From a virus (taxonomy: Duplodnaviria; Caudoviricetes): 64,000 nt of DNA. The stretch is taken from IMG/VR virus record IMGVR_UViG_3300044556_000077, positions 1 to 64,000 of that record; one strand, 5' to 3'. Below the pieces are notes generated by a model. That model was given only the letters and a program-made list of their open reading frames with translations. It did not search any database and was not told where the DNA came from. This document shows positions 50,061 through 60,300 of this stretch, piece by piece. Within the stretch, counting starts at the first letter, position 1; the number at the start of each line of letters is the position of its first letter. The translations under genes and the position numbers were made by a program.

Positions 50061-50888
50061 ATGAGCTTTAAGATTGATAATATCGTAATCGATCGTGTCC
50101 AGATGGCTATTGCTGAAGACACAACACCTGAGCATAATTTCCTGTACACTCTGACACAGCTGTCCGAGCCACAGATTGAGATTAACGCTGAGTCCACAGA
50201 AGCAAAGGATGCTAACGGAGTTCTGATCAGAAAGTTCTATAAGGGAAAGACTGGTACATTCACAGCTAACTCTGCCCTGATCGACTTCAACATTCTGGGA
50301 GCTACTACTGGTTCTGGTAAGGAAGTTGCATCTGATACAAAGAAGATGACAGTTCCGAAGATCATGTATGTAAAAGTTCCGACAGGAACGGCTGCACCGA
50401 TCACTCTGCCAGATTCCACAGCTAACTCTGATGTTGTACTGAAGTCTCTGAAGGTTGCTTCTGTTGCAGGAAACGGAACAATGCTGACAAAGTACAAGCT
50501 TGGTGATGGTGGATTCCAGTTCTCCGAGGGCAAGCTGACTCTGCCTACTCTGTCTGATCAGGACAAGAAGGACGGAGCTACACGTTTCGTAATCAAGTAT
50601 GACAGAGTTCTGTCTGACAACGCAGTTGCAGTTAAGAACCGTGCAGATAAGTATCCGAGCACAATCAGACTCACTCTGAAGTGCCTGTGCATTGACCCGT
50701 GCGATGCTGGTACTCTGAGAGCTGCTTACATTGTACTTCCGTCCTTCCAAGTTTCCCCGGAGACTACAGTTGAGATGAAGACAGATGCACAGCTGGCTTA
50801 CAAGGGCGACCTTCAGGTTGACTACTGCTCTGACGAGAAGACTCTGTACGAGATTTACATGGCTGAAGACGATACTGAGGAAGAGTAA
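50061..50888 (+). CDS. Putative major tail (tube) protein
   Basis: Strong RBS, biased codon usage, followed by a terminator; 275 aa. Confidence 0.65.
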   Translation: MSFKIDNIVIDRVQMAIAEDTTPEHNFLYTLTQLSEPQIEINAESTEAKDANGVLIRKFYKGKTGTFTANSALIDFNILGATTGSGKEVASDTKKMTVPKIMYVKVPTGTAAPITLPDSTANSDVVLKSLKVASVAGNGTMLTKYKLGDGGFQFSEGKLTLPTLSDQDKKDGATRFVIKYDRVLSDNAVAVKNRADKYPSTIRLTLKCLCIDPCDAGTLRAAYIVLPSFQVSPETTVEMKTDAQLAYKGDLQVDYCSDEKTLYEIYMAEDDTEEE

Positions 50889-50982
50889 TCCTAGTATTAC
50901 TAAAAACATGTAACTAAATAAGTAATATGTTTAGGGGAGAGAGCTATCTCTTCCCTATTCTACTTAAACAGGGAGTTTATTA

Positions 50983-51507
50983 ATGAAGAGAGTAAACAGA
51001 GAGTGTATTGTATGCGGAGAAAAATATGAGTATTGCGATACATGCGGTGCGCCTACAGAGGAGAAAACTGATCTCTGGAAAGCACTGTTTCATGATGAGA
51101 ATTGCAAACATATTTACGAAGCATTAAGTGCACATATGGTTGGTACAAGATCCAATGAAGAAATTGTTTCTATGCTTTCCAAGTGCAATCTTGACTCTAT
51201 TACTTTAAAGCCTACTATGCAGAGAGCTTATGAAGAAATTATGGAGATTGCTACTGCCCCTTCTAAGAAAGAAGCAGATAAGCATGAAGAGAAAGAAGAA
51301 ACTTCTGAAGTAGAAACTAAAGTTGAAGAGCCAGAAGTAAAAAAAGAAACAGCTTCTAAAGAAGCAAAGACTGAAGATGTAACAGAAACTATTGATGTTA
51401 CTGATACGAAAGCAACATCAAATAAGTCTAATGTATCTTCCAACAAATATGTGAATGGAAGAGATTCTTCCTTCCTTTATAAGTCTGGATTCAAAAGAAG
51501 CAGATAA
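50983..51507 (+). CDS. Zinc-binding hypothetical protein
   Basis: CIVCGEKYEYCDTC. Confidence 0.65.
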   Translation: MKRVNRECIVCGEKYEYCDTCGAPTEEKTDLWKALFHDENCKHIYEALSAHMVGTRSNEEIVSMLSKCNLDSITLKPTMQRAYEEIMEIATAPSKKEADKHEEKEETSEVETKVEEPEVKKETASKEAKTEDVTETIDVTDTKATSNKSNVSSNKYVNGRDSSFLYKSGFKRSR

Positions 51508-51658
51508 GAAATAATGAATAGTGATTTTTAATTAGACTTTATGCGTAAAATATTTGATTCCAAAATATAGAGCTATGCAAATATCCTATTCAGATTTTGC
51601 ATAGCTCTTTTTTTACGCATTTTAGTTTAAGTTATGTTGGATAAAATGGAGAATTTAT

Positions 51659-51889
51659 ATGAAAGAATCGATTACAAGTGAAACGACTGGTAAAACATAT
51701 TGCCCCTCTGATTGTATTCGTTTGGTCAATATGAAACAGCTTGCTGCGTACATGGCATATGGGGTTGAACTTCAGGATATTTACGCAAGCAGAGATTTTA
51801 AAACAAATGTACCTATTCTCGTAGGAATTGTTAAGAGAGAAGACAGCAAACAGGCTTATGAGAAATGGTGCAATTATGAGCTTAAATAA
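51659..51889 (+). CDS. Small hypothetical protein
   Basis: 76 aa, RBS GGAG. Confidence 0.65.
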   Translation: MKESITSETTGKTYCPSDCIRLVNMKQLAAYMAYGVELQDIYASRDFKTNVPILVGIVKREDSKQAYEKWCNYELK

Positions 51890-51909
51890 ACTTAACTATT
51901 TACATTAGT

Positions 51910-52557
51910 TTGAAACTTAGAACAACTGAAGTGATTTATGAATGGAGTGATTGTTTGATACTAGATTTAGACAGACCAGTATTACACCTGACATCCCCTA
52001 TCCCAAGGACGGTAAATCATTATATGGGGATCAGAGTGGTTAAAAAAGGAAATAAAAGTATTCCAATGACGTATGTTACGCCAGAAGCTAAAAAGTACAA
52101 GTTGGAATTCATTCATTATATAAGAAAAGAAGTTAAGAAACAAGGTTGGGATAAGGTAAATAATAAGTATCGTCATCTATATATGGATGGCGTTTTTTAT
52201 ATGCCTAAAACCAATATGGACGCTGCTAACTGTGACAAAATCCTCTCAGATGCTATTACTGAATCAGGGGTAGTTTGGGATGATGATAGCGGTATTTTGT
52301 TCAGACCACAGAGAATTTATTATGATACGCAGAATCCTAGAATTGAATTAACAATTCATCCTGTTGAGTATTATGGGATCTTTGAGTCTAAGGAATCTGC
52401 TGAAAAGTTTGAACATAACTGTAGAAAATGCAAGAGATATATGCGTAATTGCAGTCTGCTTAGAAAAGCATTTGAATGCAGAATCTGTGAAGAAATCGAT
52501 ATGAATGGCGATGAGCCAGTATGTGAAAAGTTTAATCCAAAGGATAGTAAGGAGTAG
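51910..52557 (+). CDS. RusA-like Holliday junction resolvase (true start probably downstream)
   Basis: PRTVNHY, DAANCDKILSDAI, VWDDDS, NPRIELTI. Confidence 0.8.
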   Translation: MKLRTTEVIYEWSDCLILDLDRPVLHLTSPIPRTVNHYMGIRVVKKGNKSIPMTYVTPEAKKYKLEFIHYIRKEVKKQGWDKVNNKYRHLYMDGVFYMPKTNMDAANCDKILSDAITESGVVWDDDSGILFRPQRIYYDTQNPRIELTIHPVEYYGIFESKESAEKFEHNCRKCKRYMRNCSLLRKAFECRICEEIDMNGDEPVCEKFNPKDSKE

Positions 52558-52562
52558 TAATT

Positions 52563-53456
52563 ATGGAAGAGAAGAATATGAATGTAAACGCAGTTGATGA
52601 AGAAGTTAAGGCAGTTGGGCAGGAGAATAATGATATGGAAGAAAATAAAGATATGCACGTAGAAGATATGGAAAGTAAAGAAGTAGCTGACGAGGTAGTT
52701 GAGAGTGATATTGCAGAACCAGAAGTAGATGAAGATAAGTACCCAGTAGAAGTATTCTGTAAGAAAGTTGAAATGATCATGAATGCTTGGAATGATCCTG
52801 AGACTACAGATGAAGAAAAAGAAAAGCTGAGTGACACTTATAATGAACTGATGGATGAGATTATTGAAAGAGAATATGTTCCAATTCAGTATAAGCATGA
52901 ACTGCTTTCTTCCCTTCTTGAGTCTGCTATTACAGAAGATGATCATACACAGAGAATTGATGAATTTATGTATCGGTTTGAAATGAGAATGGCTGTTGTA
53001 GTTCTGTACACTAAGCTGAGTCTTAGCTTTACAAAAGATAATGGTACAGAAGCTACTCTATTTGATGTGTATGATCTTTTGAATGAACGTGGTCTTATTG
53101 ATGCACTGATTGATTATATTGATGATAGTGAGATTCAGGAGCTGGATGACGTTGCTAAAGCTATTAAAGCTAATTTCTACGATGAGCATAATACACCAGA
53201 AGCAGTTTATTACAGGACATTAGATAATATTAAAGGATTTGGAGAGAATTTACTTGGTATTTTAGATGCAGTTCTTTCTGCAAATCCAGAACAGGTAATT
53301 TCTGTGCTTGATTCTATTAAAGAATCGTTCGTTGAGTATGTAAATGAAAATAAAGATGAAAAAGAAAGTAGTAAAACTTCCGAATCCGATGAGGATGATA
53401 ATACAGATGATAAAGAAGAAGTAGCAACTACAGAAGAAACGACAGAAGAAAAGTAG
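52563..53456 (+). CDS. Acidic hypothetical protein (tail assembly chaperone-like)
   Basis: EYVPIQYK, YDLLNERGLID; upstream of tape measure. Confidence 0.5.
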   Translation: MEEKNMNVNAVDEEVKAVGQENNDMEENKDMHVEDMESKEVADEVVESDIAEPEVDEDKYPVEVFCKKVEMIMNAWNDPETTDEEKEKLSDTYNELMDEIIEREYVPIQYKHELLSSLLESAITEDDHTQRIDEFMYRFEMRMAVVVLYTKLSLSFTKDNGTEATLFDVYDLLNERGLIDALIDYIDDSEIQELDDVAKAIKANFYDEHNTPEAVYYRTLDNIKGFGENLLGILDAVLSANPEQVISVLDSIKESFVEYVNENKDEKESSKTSESDEDDNTDDKEEVATTEETTEEK

Positions 53457-53460
53457 TTTA

Positions 53461-53490
53461 AAGGGTAGGTTCTCACCTGCCCTTCTTTTT
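53461..53490 (+). terminator. Intrinsic terminator
   Basis: AAGGGTAGGT/ACCTGCCCTT plus T-tract. Confidence 0.65.
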
Positions 53491-53513
53491 TATATAGAAG
53501 TTAGGAGGGCGTT

Positions 53514-54314
53514 ATGGGAACAAAATATGTAAAACCTTCAAAACTCAATCAGAATAAAGATTATACATCGAATGAAATATTAAATGATAATCTTAATAGG
53601 TTTTATCTAGGGGACGCTAAACATGAATATACTTTAACTAAAAAATATAAAAACGAACATCTTCAAAAGGTAAATAAGTATATAGAAATGTATAGTCCTA
53701 AAATTCCTAGAGGGGTTATAGTTCAATATACTCAAAAATTTGAAATTGAATCGTCTACCGATGTAATGTTAAAATATTTTGAAAAAATATTTGCTAATGA
53801 CTCTAAATTATATAATAAATTGCCAGATATAGCTAAAAAAGCATGGGCTAAATCAGAGGCTGCATGGGAAAAAGCAGTTGAAAGAGCGATGTATGATATT
53901 TATAGAGATATAATGAATATGGTTAGAACTGGCTTAACGGAATATTACGCTCAGTATTCTCCAAGAGTATATAAAAGAACTGGAAGTCAAATGGGAAGTA
54001 TTAGTGTGTCTATTTCTGGTAGTGGAATTAATACGAATATTGATGTTTCATATCCGGGTGGTGGTGGATATCCAAGAATCCCCGGTGTAGTAGAAACTGA
54101 ATTTATTGTAAAAAACGGATGGAGAGCACTTGGCCCGCATTCAAGAAATGGCGGGTATCCACAAACGTGGTCTTTCTCATATTCAAGCTCTATATTGGGA
54201 GCTTATATATCAAATACAATATATGGGACAATGGAATCTATACAAAATAATTTTGGAGAAATAATAAAAGAAAGAGCAAATAAATATTATGCAATTTATT
54301 ATAATATGGATTGA
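53514..54314 (+). CDS. Hypothetical protein
   Basis: YYAQYSPRVYKRTG motif; AT-rich. Confidence 0.65.
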   Translation: MGTKYVKPSKLNQNKDYTSNEILNDNLNRFYLGDAKHEYTLTKKYKNEHLQKVNKYIEMYSPKIPRGVIVQYTQKFEIESSTDVMLKYFEKIFANDSKLYNKLPDIAKKAWAKSEAAWEKAVERAMYDIYRDIMNMVRTGLTEYYAQYSPRVYKRTGSQMGSISVSISGSGINTNIDVSYPGGGGYPRIPGVVETEFIVKNGWRALGPHSRNGGYPQTWSFSYSSSILGAYISNTIYGTMESIQNNFGEIIKERANKYYAIYYNMD

Positions 54315-54331
54315 ATTTTAAGGAGGATATT

Positions 54332-57300
54332 ATGGCACTTAAAGGACAGCATTTTTCAGGAAAATCTGCGGGGGATAAAGATGAAGTAGTAAGAGAAGAA
54401 GGCTTAAAACGTAATTTAGAGGCAATTAATAAAGCACTTGGATTAAGCGAAGAAGGGGCAACTAATGCGCAAGAAAAGGTCGAATCTGAATTTACTGCGA
54501 ATATTGCGGATAATGAAACTGTATTAAGAGAAGGTGTATTAAGTGCAAAAGTTATGGGCACGGGTAAAGCATCCGGGTCTGCTACCAAAATAAATACACA
54601 AACTGAAAGTTGGGGATCAGCTTTTGGTAAAGAGGCTTCTGCAGCGGCAAAAAATATTGATGAAGCTGGGAATGCAATTGCCAATGCATTAAAAAATGTA
54701 GCATCAACAGTTAGCAGTTCTACAGCTAGTATGGGAAATACCTTAAAAGATGCTATTGCACGTGGCATGGGTAGTGCAGATAGTGCTATTAAAGCTATGA
54801 CCATTGATGGTGTTACGAGTTCTGATTACTTAGCTAAAAGAAAAGAACTTTATGAAAATGCTCAAAATAAATTAGGTCGTGAATTAACAAATAAAGAAAA
54901 AGCACAGCTTGGTAAACAGTTAGATCAATTTGCTGCGTTGTCAATTAGAGATAAACAGTTAACAGGTTCTATAGGAGATAAGAATCGTAGAAAAACGTTA
55001 TCTTTACAAGAAGGACAAATATATGCTAGAGATGAGATAGAACGGAAAAAGGTTAGAAGTGAAATGGCTAATTTATTTCCTTCTGTTAAAGATTTTCTTA
55101 CTCCAGAGGATAAAAGAGCATATGGAAATAAAAAATTATATGCGCAAATTGCCGATTCAGAATTTGGTACTGTAATTGACAACCTTATGAATTCCCTTAC
55201 GGGTGTTATTAAAAAAGGTGTAAAAAGGAATTTAAAAAAACAAGCTAGTAAAATAGAAGAAGTAAGTAAAGAAAATGGAGAAATTATTACTAAAGCATAT
55301 GAAGATGCTGTTAATAATAATGGCTCTAATGGTGCTAAAATAAAAATTGTAAATCAAGATGCAATAGATAAAGTTAACGGTACATATAGTTATAGATATG
55401 GTGTTCCTGACTCTACACTTACCAGTGGAAGTCTTTTATTTGATCTTTATGGCAAACATAAAAATAGTAACAATAAAAGTGTAAAGTTCACTAATAAAAT
55501 ATTAAGTGGAGAAAAAAGATATTTAGGTACTGGTCAGAATAATGCAGAATTTATTGTTGGCTTTGTTGACAAATTAATTGAACAAAATAAAATAAAAGAT
55601 AAATATACTAAAAAATATGGCGATTCATTTAAAACAGATAATGACTTATGGGATAAATATAAAGCAGAACGTAATTCTGTAATGACATTTTCAGAGAAGC
55701 TTAGAGGTGAAAGTTATTTGCAAAGACTTATCTCTGAATCCCCTATATATTACGATATATTAGAAAATTCTTTTAAAAAGTTTAATGCACCAATGGATTA
55801 TTTTGATCCATTTTTGTCCGTCAAAAAATTAGAAGCAAGCGAGGGAGTTCAGGGAATTGGTGATTCTTTATTTCAAGATTTTTGGTTAGAAATAAAAAAT
55901 CAGCAAGGCAAAAAAACTAAAGAACAAACTGAACCTCAAGAAACTTCCAATAAAGCTAAAGATACAGCAAAACAAGCAACAAAATCTAAAAAAGAAGCCG
56001 ACCAAGCTGAAGCTGAAGCTGATAAAGCGGAAATTAAAAACAACAACGAAAGAAAAGCGGTTGCTAAAGAAAGAAAGCAAACTGCTGAAAACAAGTCTAA
56101 AGGAAACAAGACAAAGAAAGATGAGCAAAGTGAAGAAGAACAGCTGAATATGTTTGCTCAATTGCGGGACGAGCAATTAAGAAAGACATCTGAGTCAGAA
56201 CCCCTTACTACATCTGAAAAGAAAGAAAAACGCTCATCAAATAAAAAAGATACTACTTCAGAAGAAACAAAACAAGACGCTGGAGATTTAAAGAATTCAA
56301 CAGAAGCCCATAAAGAGCATACAAAAGCTGCCGAAGAAAATGTAAAGGCCGCTGAGAAAGATGCACAAGCTACTGAGAAAGCCAATGAAGCGGAAAAGAA
56401 AGCTGCTAAAGCAAGAAATGAAAACAATAATAAAGCAAAAAGGGATACAGATAAAGTTGCTAATGAAGAATCTGTGAGTGTTGGAATAGATAAAGATGGA
56501 AATTTAATTGTGTCTGGAACACAAACTTTCTATTCTGAAAATGGAAAAAGAAAAGAATATATTGATGGTAATGGTAATATAAACAGGACTACTGAACAAC
56601 GTATTACTCCCAAAGAAGCTGACCTTCGTGTGTTAGAGCAAACCAGTAAGAATACTGATTCTTACCTTAAACAGAAAGCTAGTTTTATTAAACAAGGTAA
56701 AACTGATACATTAGAATACAAAACGGCAGTTAAAAAGCAATCAGATGAATTAAAGAAAGCTAAAACGGCAGAAGACAATTTAATAAGCAATTGGGATAAA
56801 TTAACCGATAATGACAAGAAAAGATTTGATTCTTCTAGAAAAACAACTTATCGTGGAAGCAGTTCTGCCCGTAACAAAGTCAGAGATGCTTGGAATTCTA
56901 AGGCTGATAAAGAAGCTATGACAAAAGCCAAGGCTGGCATTACTGATTTAAAGAAGATTATTAAAAATCACGAGAAAGCTTATAACGAGTACGATAAGCT
57001 TCGTGAAAGACAGTCTAAACAAGACAAAGGTATAGGAACAGCACAGAACTGGGAGAAGTTAATTGCCGATGCTCGGAAGAGAACTGAACTTTCAAAGGAA
57101 GTTCTTAAGAATGCTGCCCTTCAGCAAGAAGCAAATGCTAAATACTTTACTACAGATCAGAACAGAATTTATCAAAAGGCACGTAACTTATCTGGACTTA
57201 ACGGAGAAAAACACACATTAGATGCTCGGAAGGAAACGGATGAGATTAGAAAACAGAGAGATATTCTTAAAGAATATTACAATACTCTCAGAGAAGCTGA

Positions 57301-60300
57301 AGCTGCTAAAAAAGGATATGCTAGTAATTATGCAAAGGATAAAAACAGTTTCCTCACCAAGGGATATTATGAAGGTGCTTTAGCAAAAGAGTCTGAAGTA
57401 GCTAAACTTCGTGAGAAAGCATTAAATGCAGGTATTTCTGAAGAGCGTTTAGGCAAAGTGCAAAGTGCTGCTATTAAAGGCTCTGGTGAAGGTCTGAAAA
57501 ATAATGTTCAATCTTATGCAGATAAGCTTATCTCCTATCTTGAAAAAGAAGAACAGAAACTAGAAAGAGCTGGCAAACTTGGTAATACACTTAAGGAAAA
57601 ATATGCCAAAATAAAAAGTGATTTAGTTCAGGCTGCAAATATCAATTCTACGGGATTAAACGCCAAATCTTTAAGCAATAATTTTGAAGATTTAGATAAG
57701 ATATTCAATAGTGGTCTTGAAACTATTAATGCAACTCAGCGTACAAATAACTTTGAAGTTAATGCTCGTAATATTGAGCAGATGTACAAGAGAATCGAAG
57801 AAGCAAGAAAAAGTGCTGAAATAATTCCAGAATTGTCTGGTACAACTGGAAAAGACGTTATCTCAGAAAAATATGGTGGCGGTCTAGACAAAACAGTTAC
57901 TCTTCTTCACGAAAAGATTGCTTCATTAAAAACCGCTCAAGAAGAATTAAACAATATGCAGCTTACTGGAGCAAGAGTAACTGGAGATGATGCTCTTGCC
58001 AAAAAAGAGGCGGAAATTGAAAGATTAAAATCTGAAATAGCAAGCCTCTCCCCTACTGTTGAAAAACTTCAATCATTAATGTCTGGTGGGGGCGGTTTAA
58101 GCACTGGCATTGCAGTAAATAATATGGATGAGCTTGTAAAAGCCACCAGAGAATATGCTGAAGCATTAGATTATGTTAATGTTAAATCTGAACAAGTAAA
58201 TACGCATACAAAATCTGTAAATGCTACTTATTCCGATCAAGCGGGCAATCTGTATAAAATTTCTACATCGATGGATACTAACAACCGTCAGATGAAGATT
58301 AATAATGAGTCTATGGAGCAAAGGCAATCTGCTCTTAAGAATCTTGCTAGTTCAAGCTGGGACTTCTTTAAGATGTACTTTAGTGCATACACTGTAGTTC
58401 CTGCTGTCATGGATAAGTTTAAGCAAGGATTTGAAGATTTCTCTCAATACCAAAAGGCTCTTACAAATATTTCCTATACAATGAACTTAAACAAAAAAGG
58501 TTTAAGTCAGTTAGGACAATCTGCTGTATCTGATGCTAAAAAGATTGGTACTTCTGTAGAAAATATGACTGGTGTATACCAAATTTATTCTAATATGCAG
58601 GAGACTACCCCATCAATTTCCAGAAAAGCTAAAGCTACTGGTATCCTTGCTAACTTAAGTGGTGAGGACGCACAGACAGCAGCTGACCAGATTCAGGGTG
58701 TTATCCAACAGTTTGGAATGAAGGACACCTCTAAGAATGTAATGCATGTTGTTGATGCATTAGATAAAATTTCTGCCAATGTTCCGATTGACTACGGCAA
58801 ATTTATTTTACCGCTCATGCTAGAGATAGCATGATGATCTCAAACCAAAATCGGTGAAGACTAAACGCACGGCGCATGTTAATACCGAGGTAATATAGTT
58901 AAGTAAAATTAGCTATACACCGTAACGCATACGATTTGAAACTATATAAATAATATATAGAATAAAATAATCGCACGAGTGGTTTGTACAAATAGGTATA
59001 GCCTATTTGGAGAATACTAGTCACATTCTTCCCTAACGTTAAACGAGGGTAAAAATATATGCTAGACTGGTCTGAATTAACAGACGTATCACAGAAAATG
59101 TGTATGGAGGAAACTCCCAGAATTATAGGATAAAAAGCCTATAAGATAATAATATCGAAAGGTATACAAATCATGACTGACGCAGTTCAGAAAGCTGGAG
59201 CTGTTGCGAAGGATTCTGGAATGTCATACGAACAGTTGATGGCTATCACAGCTAGTGTATCTGCTCGTACTCGTCAGGATGGTAGCGAAATCGGAAACGC
59301 TATGAAAACGATCCTTACTCGTATTGGTAAGGCATCTAAGTTGTCAGCTTCTGGGGAAGTAGATAATGCTACCCTTTCAGATGCATCTAAGGCACTTAAC
59401 AACGTAGGAATTGACGTATATAAGCCGAATGGTCAGTTCAGAAATATTAATACCATTCTTGGTGAACTTTCTCAGAGATGGGGGTCTTTAACTGATGCTC
59501 AGAAGAGACAAATTTCATTTGCTATTGCTGCCACAAGACAGACAAACGTATTATCAGCAATTCTTGAAACCTATTCTCAATCTACCAAGTTAGCTACTGA
59601 AGCTACTAATGCACATGGCAATGCCATGAAGAACAATGAAAAATGGATGGATTCCTCTGCGGGAAAAATTCAGTCTGTTAAGACTAATCTGTCAGATTTC
59701 TGGATTCACTTCTATAACAGCAATGTAATTAAAGGTGTATTAAATCTTACTAAAGGGTTTACCACTTTATTCTCTACTATTTCACATATTCCTGGTATTG
59801 GCGGTGGATTGTCAGGCGGTTTACTTGCTGCGTTTGGAATTAACAGATTTCTTAGAGGTAAACAAGCATTCCAAAACTTTAAGAATCTTAGGACAAAGGA
59901 AGGTGCGGGCTGGACTAGTGCTGTATTTCAATCTTTGTTTGGATTACATAATTATACAGATAAAAGCGAATATAAAAATAGTATGCTCCGCAATGATGTT
60001 AACAGATTCCAAAAGATTTGGGATGGTGTTAATAAGACTTTATTTAGCGGAGATCTTATTGCATCTTTAAAAAATAAATTCAGTAAGGCTAAAGAGCAAT
60101 TTGCTCTTGGCAGAGAGGGTGCTGCAGCGGGCTATAAAAATGCTGATGAATTTTTAAATGCCAGATACACCGCAAGGACTAAAGATTATATTAGGAACGG
60201 AGTTAGGCTTGGAGATGTGTATGACAAATTATCTCAAGAAGAGATAAAAGCTGCACGTTTAAAAGAAGGTAATGCATCTGATGCAGCAAATTTAGCACTT

